From Candidatus Micrarchaeota archaeon (GTDB taxonomy: Archaea > B1Sed10-29 > JAJSAI01): a stretch of DNA of 16,420 nucleotides. The translations under genes and the position numbers were made by a program. The notes under the pieces are model-generated. The model worked only from the letters and a program-made list of their open reading frames with translations, did not search any database and was not told where the DNA came from. The stretch lies in NCBI GenBank assembly GCA_964625085.1, contig CAZVAJ010000007.1, positions 1-16,420 of the forward strand, in the 5' to 3' direction. Shown here piece after piece: positions 7,621-16,239 of this stretch; within the stretch, counting starts at the first letter, position 1, and each line of letters opens with the position of its first letter.

Positions 7621-8172
7621 CAACTGAAAGGAAACAAGCAGCCTCTTCTCAAGCGAGTATAATCCAGTGATGAGCAAGAGGAACACCGCTGGTTCTAATT
7701 GCCCGGACAATAAACCTAAGAACAGAATTGCTGAACGTAAAGGACGCAGGCTCATTCCCTCGCCAAGGTGCTTTTTACGCGATTCAGCTTCAGCCACTGC
7801 GCTGGAATAACTTGCAAGAACTATCACGCACAAGGTGAACAACCCTGCTGGTAGGGGAACAAGTCCTGAAAGGATGATACTGGAAAGAAGAGTCATGTCA
7901 ACAATCCTGTCCGCGACTTTATCGAAAAAGCTGCCGAACTTTGATGAAATGCGTTTAGCTCTTGCGACCTGGCCGTCCAGAGCATCAAGCAGAACCGCGG
8001 TTAGGAAAAATAAGGCGGAATAAACGAGCATGCCCTCAAGAATGAAGTATCCTGAAACAAACCCGAGGAGTACTGAAAAAAAGGTAAGCGTGTTCGGGCT
8101 AAAAGGACACGCCTCCGCAGGCTTTTGTAAGAGTTTCTTTTCAACTTTTCTTTTGACCTCAAGGTACTGCAT
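7612..8172 (-). CDS. CDP-alcohol phosphatidyltransferase (archaetidyl-inositol/glycerol phosphate synthase-like), ~186 aa
   Basis: Signature DALDGQVARAKRISSKFGSFFDKVAD and SPNTLT. Start moved to ATG 8172 (SD GGTGG), overlapping the upstream gene by 14 nt. Confidence 0.9.
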   Translation of the reverse strand: MQYLEVKRKVEKKLLQKPAEACPFSPNTLTFFSVLLGFVSGYFILEGMLVYSALFFLTAVLLDALDGQVARAKRISSKFGSFFDKVADRIVDMTLLSSIILSGLVPLPAGLFTLCVIVLASYSSAVAEAESRKKHLGEGMSLRPLRSAILFLGLLSGQLEPAVFLLLITGLYSLEKRLLVSFQLLS

Positions 8173-8656
8173 TATACCACCTGACAGCGAATTCCATACC
8201 ATAGTACACCGCATAACAGATGAGTGTGTATTTTGCAACCTTACCAAATAAAGTGAAAGCAAAAAACTTCTTAAAAGGGTATTTTATGGCCCCGCAGAAA
8301 AAGCCTATTACATCAAAGGGAAGGGGAGAAAAAGCAAAAAAGAATATGATAATCTCTGCCCTGTATTTTTCAAAATATTCCCTTATACGAACAAGCTTAT
8401 CCTTAATATCATATTTTTTAGAAAGAGCGGTTTCCCCTCCGAACGCGATCCAATACGGAAACGTCTCCCCTACTGCCGCACCTATTCCTGCAAAAAGGCC
8501 TAGAATGAAAGGGTTAAAATAGTGGGATGCTGCCATAGCAGCCACGATCAAAAAACCAGGAGTTGGAAAGAAAATAGTGACTGAAGAGAAAAAGCCTGCA
8601 AGAAGTGCTCCAAGGTACCCAAGCGAATACACCAATTCATAGGAGATAAACATCAT
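8159..8656 (-). CDS. DedA/VTT (SNARE-associated) family membrane protein
   Basis: LGYLG...FFPTPG, GAAVGE..Y, PLPFDVIGFFCG..KYPFKKFF....GK pattern; hydrophobic. Confidence 0.85.
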   Translation of the reverse strand: MMFISYELVYSLGYLGALLAGFFSSVTIFFPTPGFLIVAAMAASHYFNPFILGLFAGIGAAVGETFPYWIAFGGETALSKKYDIKDKLVRIREYFEKYRAEIIIFFFAFSPLPFDVIGFFCGAIKYPFKKFFAFTLFGKVAKYTLICYAVYYGMEFAVRWYNAVP

Positions 8657-8680
8657 TACTTTTGCTTAAGACCATAAACA

Positions 8681-8689
8681 ATATATAAA
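8681..8689. promoter_or_regulatory. TATA element between the divergent DedA and hypothetical genes
   Basis: ATATATAAA reads TATATAAA (+) and TTTATATA (-), centred in a 53-bp gap between starts at 8656 and 8710. Confidence 0.55.
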
Positions 8690-8709
8690 CAGCCGTTCTT
8701 GCATAGGAT

Positions 8710-9183
8710 ATGCTACTGCAGCTCGGAGTAGTCATAAGCTCATTCAACAGAAAAAGACTGGATGCAATGTGCAAGAGAGTAGCAGAGTACAGCCATGGGA
8801 AAGTAGAGTACTACCAATCCCTGATTCCTTTATCAACAACCTTTTTTGTTCCAGTTCCAGGAAAAAAATCAAGCTGGAAAAACGCAAACCACCTGATAGT
8901 GACAAAGAACAGAAAAAAGATTTTGGAAGTTTTCGGAAACGCTACACGAGCATCTGGAAGACTTTACTCAAGCAATCCTGAACTACTTAATATCCTCGCA
9001 AAATATAACGTGTACTCATTCGAATCTTTCAAAAAGTATCATCCTGGAATAAAAAACCTGATGCTGTTCTTGTCTCTATTCCTTATATTGCTCGGTTTTC
9101 ACACACCGTACGGCACGGGTCCAACTTTGCTTAATATCAGCATGAGCTTTTTCGGATCTCTTCTATTTTCCATGTACTCCTAA
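8710..9183 (+). CDS. Hypothetical protein with two C-terminal hydrophobic segments, 157 aa
   Basis: Fills the gap between genes with a TATA upstream. TM-like LMLFLSLFLILLGF and LLNISMSFFGSLLFSMY. No family recognised. Confidence 0.7.
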   Translation: MLLQLGVVISSFNRKRLDAMCKRVAEYSHGKVEYYQSLIPLSTTFFVPVPGKKSSWKNANHLIVTKNRKKILEVFGNATRASGRLYSSNPELLNILAKYNVYSFESFKKYHPGIKNLMLFLSLFLILLGFHTPYGTGPTLLNISMSFFGSLLFSMYS

Positions 9184-9224
9184 CCTGGAAAAACTTTTAA
9201 ACACTCAAAGGGGAAAAAGGAGCA

Positions 9225-11192
9225 ATGGCAGAGAAGTATATCATCACAAGTGCGCTCCCGTACGTGAATTATGAACTTCACTTAGGACACTTTGCAGGCT
9301 GTCTTCTTCCAGCTGACGTATACTCACGATTCCTAAAGCAACAGGGAAAAAAATGCATTTACGTTTGCGGAACTGATGAGTATGGAACGCCCAGCACGAT
9401 AGCAGCAGAGAAAGAAGGCATTCCTATAGAAGAGTTGGTGAGAAAAAACCATGACAAACAGCGTAAAGCAGTAGAAGGTTTTAATCTTGACCTGGACGTT
9501 TTTTCAGGAACCTCTTTAGCAGGAAAGGAACATGTGAAAGTAGTACAAGAGATGTACAATCGGATAAAAGCAAACAACTACATCTACAAAAAAGAAGTTG
9601 AACAGTTTTATTGCCCTAAGTGCGACAGGTTCCTTCCCGATAGGTATGTGCTGGGCACTTGCCCGCACTGCGAAGGCAATGCTAGAGGAGACCAGTGTGA
9701 AGACTGCAACCGGGTTCTTGAAGTGACTGAAATAAAAAACCCCAGGTGTGCTGTGTGCGGAACATCCCCTGAAGTGAAAAAAGAAGAACACGCGTTTTTC
9801 GAGCTCAGTAAACTTGAAAATGAGCTTAAGGAATGGATTGAGAAAAACACGCACTGGCCCGCCAATGCCAGAAACACTGCTTTATCCTGGATAAAACAGG
9901 GGCTTGAGGATAAGGACATAACCAGAAACTTGAAGTGGGGGGTGCCTGTTCCTGACCTGCCTGGTCAAGTTTTTTATGTGTGGTTTGATGCTCCAATAGG
10001 GTATATCACTTTCACTAAACAGATAGGCAAGGAAAGCTGGTGGCATGATTCAAACACTCGGATCGTGCATTTCCTAGGAAAAGATAACATTCCATTCCAC
10101 ACTCTTTTCTTCCCAGCAATGCTAATAGCAGACGGAACTTACACTCTTCCTTACCAGATCGCGTCTCAGGAATACCTGAATTATGCGAAAGGAAAGTTTT
10201 CCAAGTCTGCCCGCAGGGGATTATTTGCTCTTGATGCCCTGGAGGTGCTTCCAGCAGACTACTGGAGGTACTACATCATCTCAGTCCTGCCCACATCACA
10301 TGACACTGAGTTCACATGGGAAGACTTCCAACAGAAAGTCAACTCCGAACTCAATGACACGCTAGGAAACTTTATCCACAGAACCCTCACGTTCACAAAA
10401 AAGTTCCTTGACAACAAGATTCCCGGAAAAGAAAACTTAAACCAAGAAGATGAAAGGGTACTCGATGAAGTGAACAAAACGATCAAAGAAGCTGAAAAAC
10501 TGCTCTTGAACATAAAGCTTAAAGAAGGACTAGAGAAGGTCATGGAAATTGCAAGGATCGGGAACAGGTACCTAACAAAAGAAGAGCCCTGGAGGAACAA
10601 GGAAAGGATGGCGCCCGTTGTGTACACATGCTTAAGAATAGCGAGAGCGCTGGGAGTAGTGCTTGAACCCTTCTTGCCTGAAACAGCGAGGCTGATAAGG
10701 AACTGGATCGGAGTAAACAATGGTTCATGGGATACTGCCCTGCAGGATATACCCTCTGGACAACAGGTAGGAGAGTTCAGGCCGTTGTTTAACAAGATAG
10801 ATGATAAAAAACTGGAAGAGATAAAAAAACACTTTGGAGTTGAAGAGGAAATGGAAGAACAAAAAGAGGCCGTTGAGTACAGCGATTTTGTTAAGCTGGA
10901 TCTCGTGACTGCAGTGGTGAAGAAGGCTGAAAAAGTAGAAGGGGCTGACAAGCTCTTAAAGCTTGAATTGGACACAGGAAAAGAAAACAGAACAGTAGTC
11001 GCAGGCCTGGCACCATATTATCAGCCAGAAGAGATGATAGGCAAACAGGTTATCTACCTAAAGAACCTAAAGCCAAGAAAACTCAGGGGAATCGAATCCC
11101 AAGGGATGATTCTTGCTGCAGAGGGTGAGCAAGGTAATGTCGCACTGCTCACAGTTGACAAAAAAATGGAGCCGGGCGCAAAAGTTGAGTGA
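9225..11192 (+). CDS. metG: Methionine--tRNA ligase with C-terminal Trbp111/EMAP tRNA-binding domain
   Basis: ITSALPYVN..HLGH, GTDEYG, four CxxC Zn knuckles, YVWFDA, GKDNIPFH, KFSKS, NLKPRKLRGIESQGMILAA. SD AAGGAG. Confidence 0.98.
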   Translation: MAEKYIITSALPYVNYELHLGHFAGCLLPADVYSRFLKQQGKKCIYVCGTDEYGTPSTIAAEKEGIPIEELVRKNHDKQRKAVEGFNLDLDVFSGTSLAGKEHVKVVQEMYNRIKANNYIYKKEVEQFYCPKCDRFLPDRYVLGTCPHCEGNARGDQCEDCNRVLEVTEIKNPRCAVCGTSPEVKKEEHAFFELSKLENELKEWIEKNTHWPANARNTALSWIKQGLEDKDITRNLKWGVPVPDLPGQVFYVWFDAPIGYITFTKQIGKESWWHDSNTRIVHFLGKDNIPFHTLFFPAMLIADGTYTLPYQIASQEYLNYAKGKFSKSARRGLFALDALEVLPADYWRYYIISVLPTSHDTEFTWEDFQQKVNSELNDTLGNFIHRTLTFTKKFLDNKIPGKENLNQEDERVLDEVNKTIKEAEKLLLNIKLKEGLEKVMEIARIGNRYLTKEEPWRNKERMAPVVYTCLRIARALGVVLEPFLPETARLIRNWIGVNNGSWDTALQDIPSGQQVGEFRPLFNKIDDKKLEEIKKHFGVEEEMEEQKEAVEYSDFVKLDLVTAVVKKAEKVEGADKLLKLELDTGKENRTVVAGLAPYYQPEEMIGKQVIYLKNLKPRKLRGIESQGMILAAEGEQGNVALLTVDKKMEPGAKVE

Positions 11193-11197
11193 TCCAA

Positions 11198-11344
11198 ATG
11201 AGTGTAAAAGAACAGGAAAGAATGTTGGAAGAGATTCGGGAAAGCGTGAAAAGAACAGAGCTTATTGCATACCTTGGTATTATTCTGGCAAGCGCTGCTG
11301 TTGCGTTTCTTGCGGGGTTTGCGGTCAGGTCTTTTTTGACTTAA
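11198..11344 (+). CDS. Small tail-anchored membrane protein, 48 aa; absent from the ORF track
   Basis: MSVKEQERMLEEIRESVKRTELIAYLGIILASAAVAFLAGFAVRSFLT. Starts 5 nt after the metG stop, with SD-like GAGTGATCC. Charged helix followed by one TM. Confidence 0.7.
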   Translation: MSVKEQERMLEEIRESVKRTELIAYLGIILASAAVAFLAGFAVRSFLT

Positions 11345-11615
11345 GCAATCTCTTTCTTGCATTATCAAGGTTGATCAATAGTGGTATTGTGAGCACTCCT
11401 TTTTCTTCAAACTTGATCCCGCCGAACAAACTGGTCACGTGGAATGACTCAGAAGGATCAAGTTTTAAGTCAGCCATCACTCCCTTAACAAGATCATGAG
11501 CACAGGAATTGCATATCTGAATATCACTTATAACAGAATTAGATGGAGAGATATCTCTCAAGAGCCATTTTACATCGCCTTCAACCTTCTTTTTACAGAC
11601 CCCACACAACACCAT
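11325..11615 (-). CDS. Hypothetical zinc-finger protein, 96 aa
   Basis: CGVC...ICNSC Cys pairs; TTAAATA about 23 nt upstream of ATG 11615. Confidence 0.7.
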   Translation of the reverse strand: MVLCGVCKKKVEGDVKWLLRDISPSNSVISDIQICNSCAHDLVKGVMADLKLDPSESFHVTSLFGGIKFEEKGVLTIPLLINLDNARKRLLKSKKT

Positions 11616-11687
11616 TGTAAATAAAAGGTTTTTATTTTATTTAACTGTTCCGTTGCTTTTTTAAACTTTTCACACCTTTTGTTTTTC

Positions 11688-12893
11688 ATGAGCATACTAC
11701 TCCCAATAGCATTAATCGGTGTGATAACACTCATAGGATTTATTGGAGAAGTTATATTCAGAAAAACCAACATTCCGAACATTATATGGCTAATGATAAT
11801 AGGACTGATAATAGGGCCAATAACCCACAGTATTGACACCTCTTTGTTCATGAACGTATCAGAATTTGTTGCGGCCATCGCGATTATCATGATACTGTTC
11901 GACGGCGGGATACACATGAAACTAGAGCTTCTTCTCAAAGAAGCTCCCAGAACAGTGCTTTTAACAATCACTTCTTTTTCGCTGACCGTTTTCACGGTAA
12001 CACTGGTGATGGTTCTACTCGGCCAGCCAGTTATGAACGGTATCCTTCTCGGAGCAATTGTAGGAGGCACAAGCTCTCCTGTTGTTATTCCTATTATCAC
12101 AGGGATGAAAGGCCTCTATGAAAAGACTAAAGTAATACTCTCTCTCGAATCAGTACTAACTGATGTTCTGTGTGTTGTGACCGCATTGTCAATAATAAGC
12201 ATGATAGCCCCCGGTGTTACTATGCCCATTTCTCCTGCGCAAGCCCTTGCAAGCACTTTTTCGGTCGGAATCGTGCTCGGGATGATTGTGGGACTACTCT
12301 GGATTCCAATAATAAAGAAGATGGTGAAGTATGAGTACTCTTACCTTCTTAATCTTGCAGTACTATTTTTGCTTTATACTCTAACTGAGCTATCTGGAGG
12401 AAGTGGTGCACTTGCGTGCCTGATGTTCGGGATCGTACTAGGGAACGGGAAAAAACTTCTAAGAATGCTTCAGTTTAGGGAGATGGCCTTTGAGATAGAT
12501 GAAGCAAGCAAACATTTCCATTCCATGATAACGTTTTTGATAAGAACATTCTTTTTCGTTTATATTGGAATGCTTGTCAGCGTAACAGACATAAAGAATA
12601 TAGTGATAGGGCTCGTGCTGACCCTCATAATTTTTGTGGTAAGGCCAGCAGCAGTGAACATCAGCATGTATGGCATAAAACAGATAGGCAGAAAGGATAA
12701 ACAGATAATGAGCTATCTAATACCGAGAGGCCTGGCTGCAGCAGTGCTAGCATACCTTCCTATATCTAAAGGCGTTCCGGGCACGCAGGGATTTGCTGAC
12801 ATTACATTCACAGTAATCTTTGCAACAGCCATTGCAGCAACAGTAGGGATAGGAATAGAAAAGCTAAAAGAAAAGAAAGGGAAAAAGAAATAA
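11688..12893 (+). CDS. Cation:proton antiporter (CPA1, NhaP-like), ~401 aa
   Basis: ILFDGG, LESVLTD, PRGLAAAVLA, many TM segments. ATG 11688 lies about 23 nt after TTTTTAAA. Confidence 0.9.
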   Translation: MSILLPIALIGVITLIGFIGEVIFRKTNIPNIIWLMIIGLIIGPITHSIDTSLFMNVSEFVAAIAIIMILFDGGIHMKLELLLKEAPRTVLLTITSFSLTVFTVTLVMVLLGQPVMNGILLGAIVGGTSSPVVIPIITGMKGLYEKTKVILSLESVLTDVLCVVTALSIISMIAPGVTMPISPAQALASTFSVGIVLGMIVGLLWIPIIKKMVKYEYSYLLNLAVLFLLYTLTELSGGSGALACLMFGIVLGNGKKLLRMLQFREMAFEIDEASKHFHSMITFLIRTFFFVYIGMLVSVTDIKNIVIGLVLTLIIFVVRPAAVNISMYGIKQIGRKDKQIMSYLIPRGLAAAVLAYLPISKGVPGTQGFADITFTVIFATAIAATVGIGIEKLKEKKGKKK

Positions 12894-12900
12894 GCAAAGC

Positions 12901-13128
12901 TTATCTCTTCTTTGGCCTGCCTCTACGAGGCTTTTGGTCTTTTATTCCCCTGTGTCTTCCACAGCTTGGGCAGGCCCACACTTTTTCATAAGTGCCCATG
13001 TGCTTCAGGCCAACCCTTTCATCAAAGTAAGAAAAAGACCTCTTGGTGGTCCTTATTGCTTTGTCTCTTGGAACGCGCCTTCCGCAGAATGCACAGGTCA
13101 CGTACTGAGACCTTCCCTTGTTTACCAC
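12901..13128 (-). CDS. rps26e: 30S ribosomal protein eS26
   Basis: KGR...VTCAFCGRRVPRDKAI...CPSCGRHRGI is the S26e signature. GTG start with AAGGTGAT SD. Confidence 0.92.
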   Translation of the reverse strand: MVNKGRSQYVTCAFCGRRVPRDKAIRTTKRSFSYFDERVGLKHMGTYEKVWACPSCGRHRGIKDQKPRRGRPKKR

Positions 13129-13224
13129 AGTATCACCTTCTTAGGATTCATAATAATACACCTAATGTTATTTTCTTCACTTCTTCTTTAAAACATTATT
13201 TCTTTTATGTTAACAGAAACTGGA

Positions 13225-14154
13225 TTAGGAGTCAAGAGGTTCTGCCTGAATCCCCAGTTCATCTTTTATTCGCTTTGCGAGTTCTCTTGAACGGCCGTGA
13301 GTTGTGTACACCTTTTTAGGGGAACATGCGCCAACAAACTCAAGCACGTCATTGTAATCAGCATGGCCTGAAAGTGGGAACACATGGTCTGCATGGTAAA
13401 ACTTCTGGCCGGACGCAATCGCCGTGTTCACGCTTGTTTTAGACTGTACTGATAAAAGATGCCGTGTTTCCTCTGACACCATTCTGGGGGGAACTATTGC
13501 TACGAATTGTCCTGCCAACATGTCCGCTCCCTCTTCTGAGAGAGTGCTGTGAAATTCAAGAGGTATTCCCGTCATCTTGGTAACTTCTGCAATCCGGGGA
13601 TGAACAACAGGCACTATTCCTCCGTTGTTAAGAGAGTGGATAACCTCCTGTGCTTTACCAAGTGCGTACGCTCCGATCATGACGCTGTTACCTTCTTCCA
13701 GTCTGTCTAATGTCCATTCTTTAATCTGAGAGTATTCTTCCTCAGGCTCCGGAAAAACATACTTCTCTGTTCCGTATGTTGCTTCCACTATTATGGTATC
13801 GCAGTTAACATGTTCTGCTCTGCCAAAAAGGGACTCTCTTGGCCTAAAATCCCCTGTATACAATACGCTCTGGCCGTCTTCAACAAGAATCATTGCAGAT
13901 CCTGGCACGTGGCCTGCGTTTAGTAGTGTAATCCTGAACCCCTCTTCTTCGAACGGTTTTCCGTATGGCCTGCCTTCTCCTGAAAGTCCTGCTAAACGAA
14001 GAGTTTGATTCGTGGCAATTGTTTTTCCAGTATGGTTCCGAACGTGGTCAGAGTGAGCATGAGATATCAACACGGTCTCCTCTGACCTAAAACTAGGGTC
14101 TAACAGGATACTTCCGCCTGTGTGTTCTACTTTAATGCCTCTTGATATCTTCAT
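13225..14154 (-). CDS. Metallo-beta-lactamase/beta-CASP nuclease (COG1236-like), ~309 aa
   Basis: HAHSDH, AGHVPGSA, YTGD, EATYG, YALGKAQE, SGHAD, THG. ATG 14154 lies about 24 nt from TTTTTAA. Confidence 0.88.
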   Translation of the reverse strand: MKISRGIKVEHTGGSILLDPSFRSEETVLISHAHSDHVRNHTGKTIATNQTLRLAGLSGEGRPYGKPFEEEGFRITLLNAGHVPGSAMILVEDGQSVLYTGDFRPRESLFGRAEHVNCDTIIVEATYGTEKYVFPEPEEEYSQIKEWTLDRLEEGNSVMIGAYALGKAQEVIHSLNNGGIVPVVHPRIAEVTKMTGIPLEFHSTLSEEGADMLAGQFVAIVPPRMVSEETRHLLSVQSKTSVNTAIASGQKFYHADHVFPLSGHADYNDVLEFVGACSPKKVYTTHGRSRELAKRIKDELGIQAEPLDS

Positions 14155-14193
14155 TTTGTAATACAAAAGAAAAGGCGGTTAAAAAGGGTTTTG

Positions 14194-15438
14194 TTAGAGC
14201 TCGTGCTCTATTTGCTCATCAGTGCTTGCATCTGTTTTTGCTTGTTCTACCAGCTGCTTTAGGTAATTCTTTGTTTTTTCCTCTTCTTCTTCCTCTGCAG
14301 CTTGGTTCTTCTGCCTGACGTAAAGGAAAGCAGCTATCACAAGGCCCACAACCATCAGGCCTACAAGCAAAGAACCTCCTACATAAAAAGCTCCTGTGAT
14401 ACCCACTTCTTCTCCTCCAAGCGTAAGTTCCTTGAAAGCTATTTCTTCCCCATCTTTCACAAGAGAGATTCTTGCTTTCTGCCTGCTGAAATCGTCTGTT
14501 TTAATCCGTAGTGTTATCTCTTTGAGTTCTGAGCCTTTTATTCCGAAGAGCTTGTCCCCTTCAATCTCCCAGTCCATTGGCACTCCATCAACATGAACTT
14601 CCACGTTGCTAATGTCTGTTATCTCGTTGTTTTTTACCCTAAGCACCAGCTGGTATCCTTTTACTTGATCCTCTTCTTTGTACTGCTCTAGTGCCACAAC
14701 TGTCATGCTTAGACTGCCTGCGTATGAGTACTTCTCTCTAACATTCAAGAGCACGGATGCGCTTGCTTCTTTTTCTCCCGATGCTGCTTTTAGCGTGAGA
14801 GTGTAATATCCTTCAGGATAGTCCTTTGGCACTCTTATTTTCACTGGAAGTGTTTTTGTTTCTCCAGCATAGACGGTGAACCCGCTCACAGGGTATTCAG
14901 GATCTAGTCTTGGGCTTATGTCCCCTGAAATTAGAACATTCTTCAGATCTTCCTTTCCAGGATTCCTTATCAGGAAGTAGAGAGTCTGGGTTTCTCCCTG
15001 TTTTACAGAAATCTCCCTGTATTCTGACTTTAGCTCAAGCTGGGCAGAACCCTGCGTTGTGCTGGAAGTTCCTGTGCCTTCCCTTTCAACGTATAACCCA
15101 GAATAATAGTAGTTTTTGTCACTTGTTTCAAATGTTAAGTGTATTGGATACCTGTCAGAGGATCCTGATTCAGGAATCGTTGCAAACAAATCAACGTACT
15201 TTACTCCACCAGGACCTATCACAAACTCTTTATCACTGTTTTCCATGTACCATCCTGCGCTCGTGGCAACCTTAACTCGTACTGTTTCTGTAGAGTCAGC
15301 AGTCACCTTAAACTCAAAGTGCGCGGGATTGGTGCCAATCCCTGCCTCTTGTACAGGAGCTGAATTAAGTTTTAAGGTTATTCCAGCAAACCCTGTTCCA
15401 AAGAGCAATATGCATAGTGTAAGTGCACTCAACTTCAT
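14194..15438 (-). CDS. Secreted, membrane-anchored surface protein with Ig-like (NEW3/CARDB/COG1470-type) repeats, ~414 aa
   Basis: Signal peptide MKLSALTLCILLFGTGFA, three beta-rich modules (e.g. IRNPGKEDLKNV...GETKTLPVKIRVP...GYYTLTL), C-terminal TM and charged tail. SD GGTGA before ATG 15438. Confidence 0.8.
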   Translation of the reverse strand: MKLSALTLCILLFGTGFAGITLKLNSAPVQEAGIGTNPAHFEFKVTADSTETVRVKVATSAGWYMENSDKEFVIGPGGVKYVDLFATIPESGSSDRYPIHLTFETSDKNYYYSGLYVEREGTGTSSTTQGSAQLELKSEYREISVKQGETQTLYFLIRNPGKEDLKNVLISGDISPRLDPEYPVSGFTVYAGETKTLPVKIRVPKDYPEGYYTLTLKAASGEKEASASVLLNVREKYSYAGSLSMTVVALEQYKEEDQVKGYQLVLRVKNNEITDISNVEVHVDGVPMDWEIEGDKLFGIKGSELKEITLRIKTDDFSRQKARISLVKDGEEIAFKELTLGGEEVGITGAFYVGGSLLVGLMVVGLVIAAFLYVRQKNQAAEEEEEEKTKNYLKQLVEQAKTDASTDEQIEHEL

Positions 15439-15518
15439 AAATCTCACCGTTGTAACTATTTGTGTGTGGTAACATATTTAAAGATTGCGGTTAATAATAT
15501 AAATGTTGAGGGGCTTGT

Positions 15519-16211
15519 ATGAAATCGATGGAAAACTCTCTAAGAGACCTTGGATTCAACCAGTACGAATCCAGGGTATACCTCTCTTTACTTCACGAAG
15601 GCCCCTTGACCGCTTCTGCTGTAAGCGCAAAAGCAAAGATACCCCGGCCAAGAGTATATGACGTGCTTGATTCATTATCAAGCAGGGGAATAGTGATCAC
15701 GCATCCAGGAAGACCTGGAAAGTTCCATGCAGTAGATACTGACACGTTAATAGAACTCCTCAAAAAAGAAGAGGAAGAAAAATTCCAGAAAAGAATAAAC
15801 AGTTATGAAAAGGTGCGGAAAGTTTTAGAAGGAACAAAACTCAGCAAGAAGAACACCAACGGAGAAACTGTTTGGGTTCTGAAAGGAGAAAAAACAATAC
15901 ACGGAAAAATCAGAGAGATAATTCAAAATTCAGAACAAGAAATCATAATCTCAGGAAACAACCTATCAAAGAAAATGAGCTTACACAAGAACCTCCTAAA
16001 CACTGCCTCAGAAAAAGGAGTCAAAATAAAACTCATCTCTGAAAAACCAGGAGACTTCCCAGTAACAGAACACGTGAAGAGAGACTCAGTTCACATGATA
16101 ATAGGAGACAGCGAAGCAGTCCTATTCTTGAACAAAAAAGAAGGCAATCACGCCATATGGGTTAAAAGCAACCATCTGACAGAAGACCTAAAGAAAATGT
16201 TAAAAAAATAA
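15519..16211 (+). CDS. TrmB-family transcriptional regulator
   Basis: LGFNQYESRVYLSLL..GPLTA......IPRPRVYDVLDSL HTH plus a C-terminal effector-type domain. The start may be ATG 15528, 24 nt after AATATAAA. Confidence 0.9.
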   Translation: MKSMENSLRDLGFNQYESRVYLSLLHEGPLTASAVSAKAKIPRPRVYDVLDSLSSRGIVITHPGRPGKFHAVDTDTLIELLKKEEEEKFQKRINSYEKVRKVLEGTKLSKKNTNGETVWVLKGEKTIHGKIREIIQNSEQEIIISGNNLSKKMSLHKNLLNTASEKGVKIKLISEKPGDFPVTEHVKRDSVHMIIGDSEAVLFLNKKEGNHAIWVKSNHLTEDLKKMLKK

Positions 16212-16239
16212 AAAACAACTAATTTCATCAAAAAGAGAG

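Noticed and set aside
8173..8262. 30-aa N-terminal extension of the CDP-alcohol transferase
   Set aside because: It lies inside the DedA gene, and ATG 8172 has an SD.
5902..14154. XPD/DinG helicase plus beta-CASP nuclease as a defence or type IV CRISPR system
   Set aside because: The genes are more than 5 kb apart among housekeeping genes, with no cas or mobile-element context.
278..15472. Numerous antisense or alternate-frame ORFs (e.g. 575-1087, 3706-4272, 10271-10975, 11113-11499, 11570-12100, 12912-13319)
   Set aside because: They shadow well-supported genes, mostly have Ser/Phe-rich antisense composition, and show no motifs.
15451..15473. GTAAC direct repeat as a TrmB operator
   Set aside because: Only 5 bp, not palindromic, and plausible by chance.
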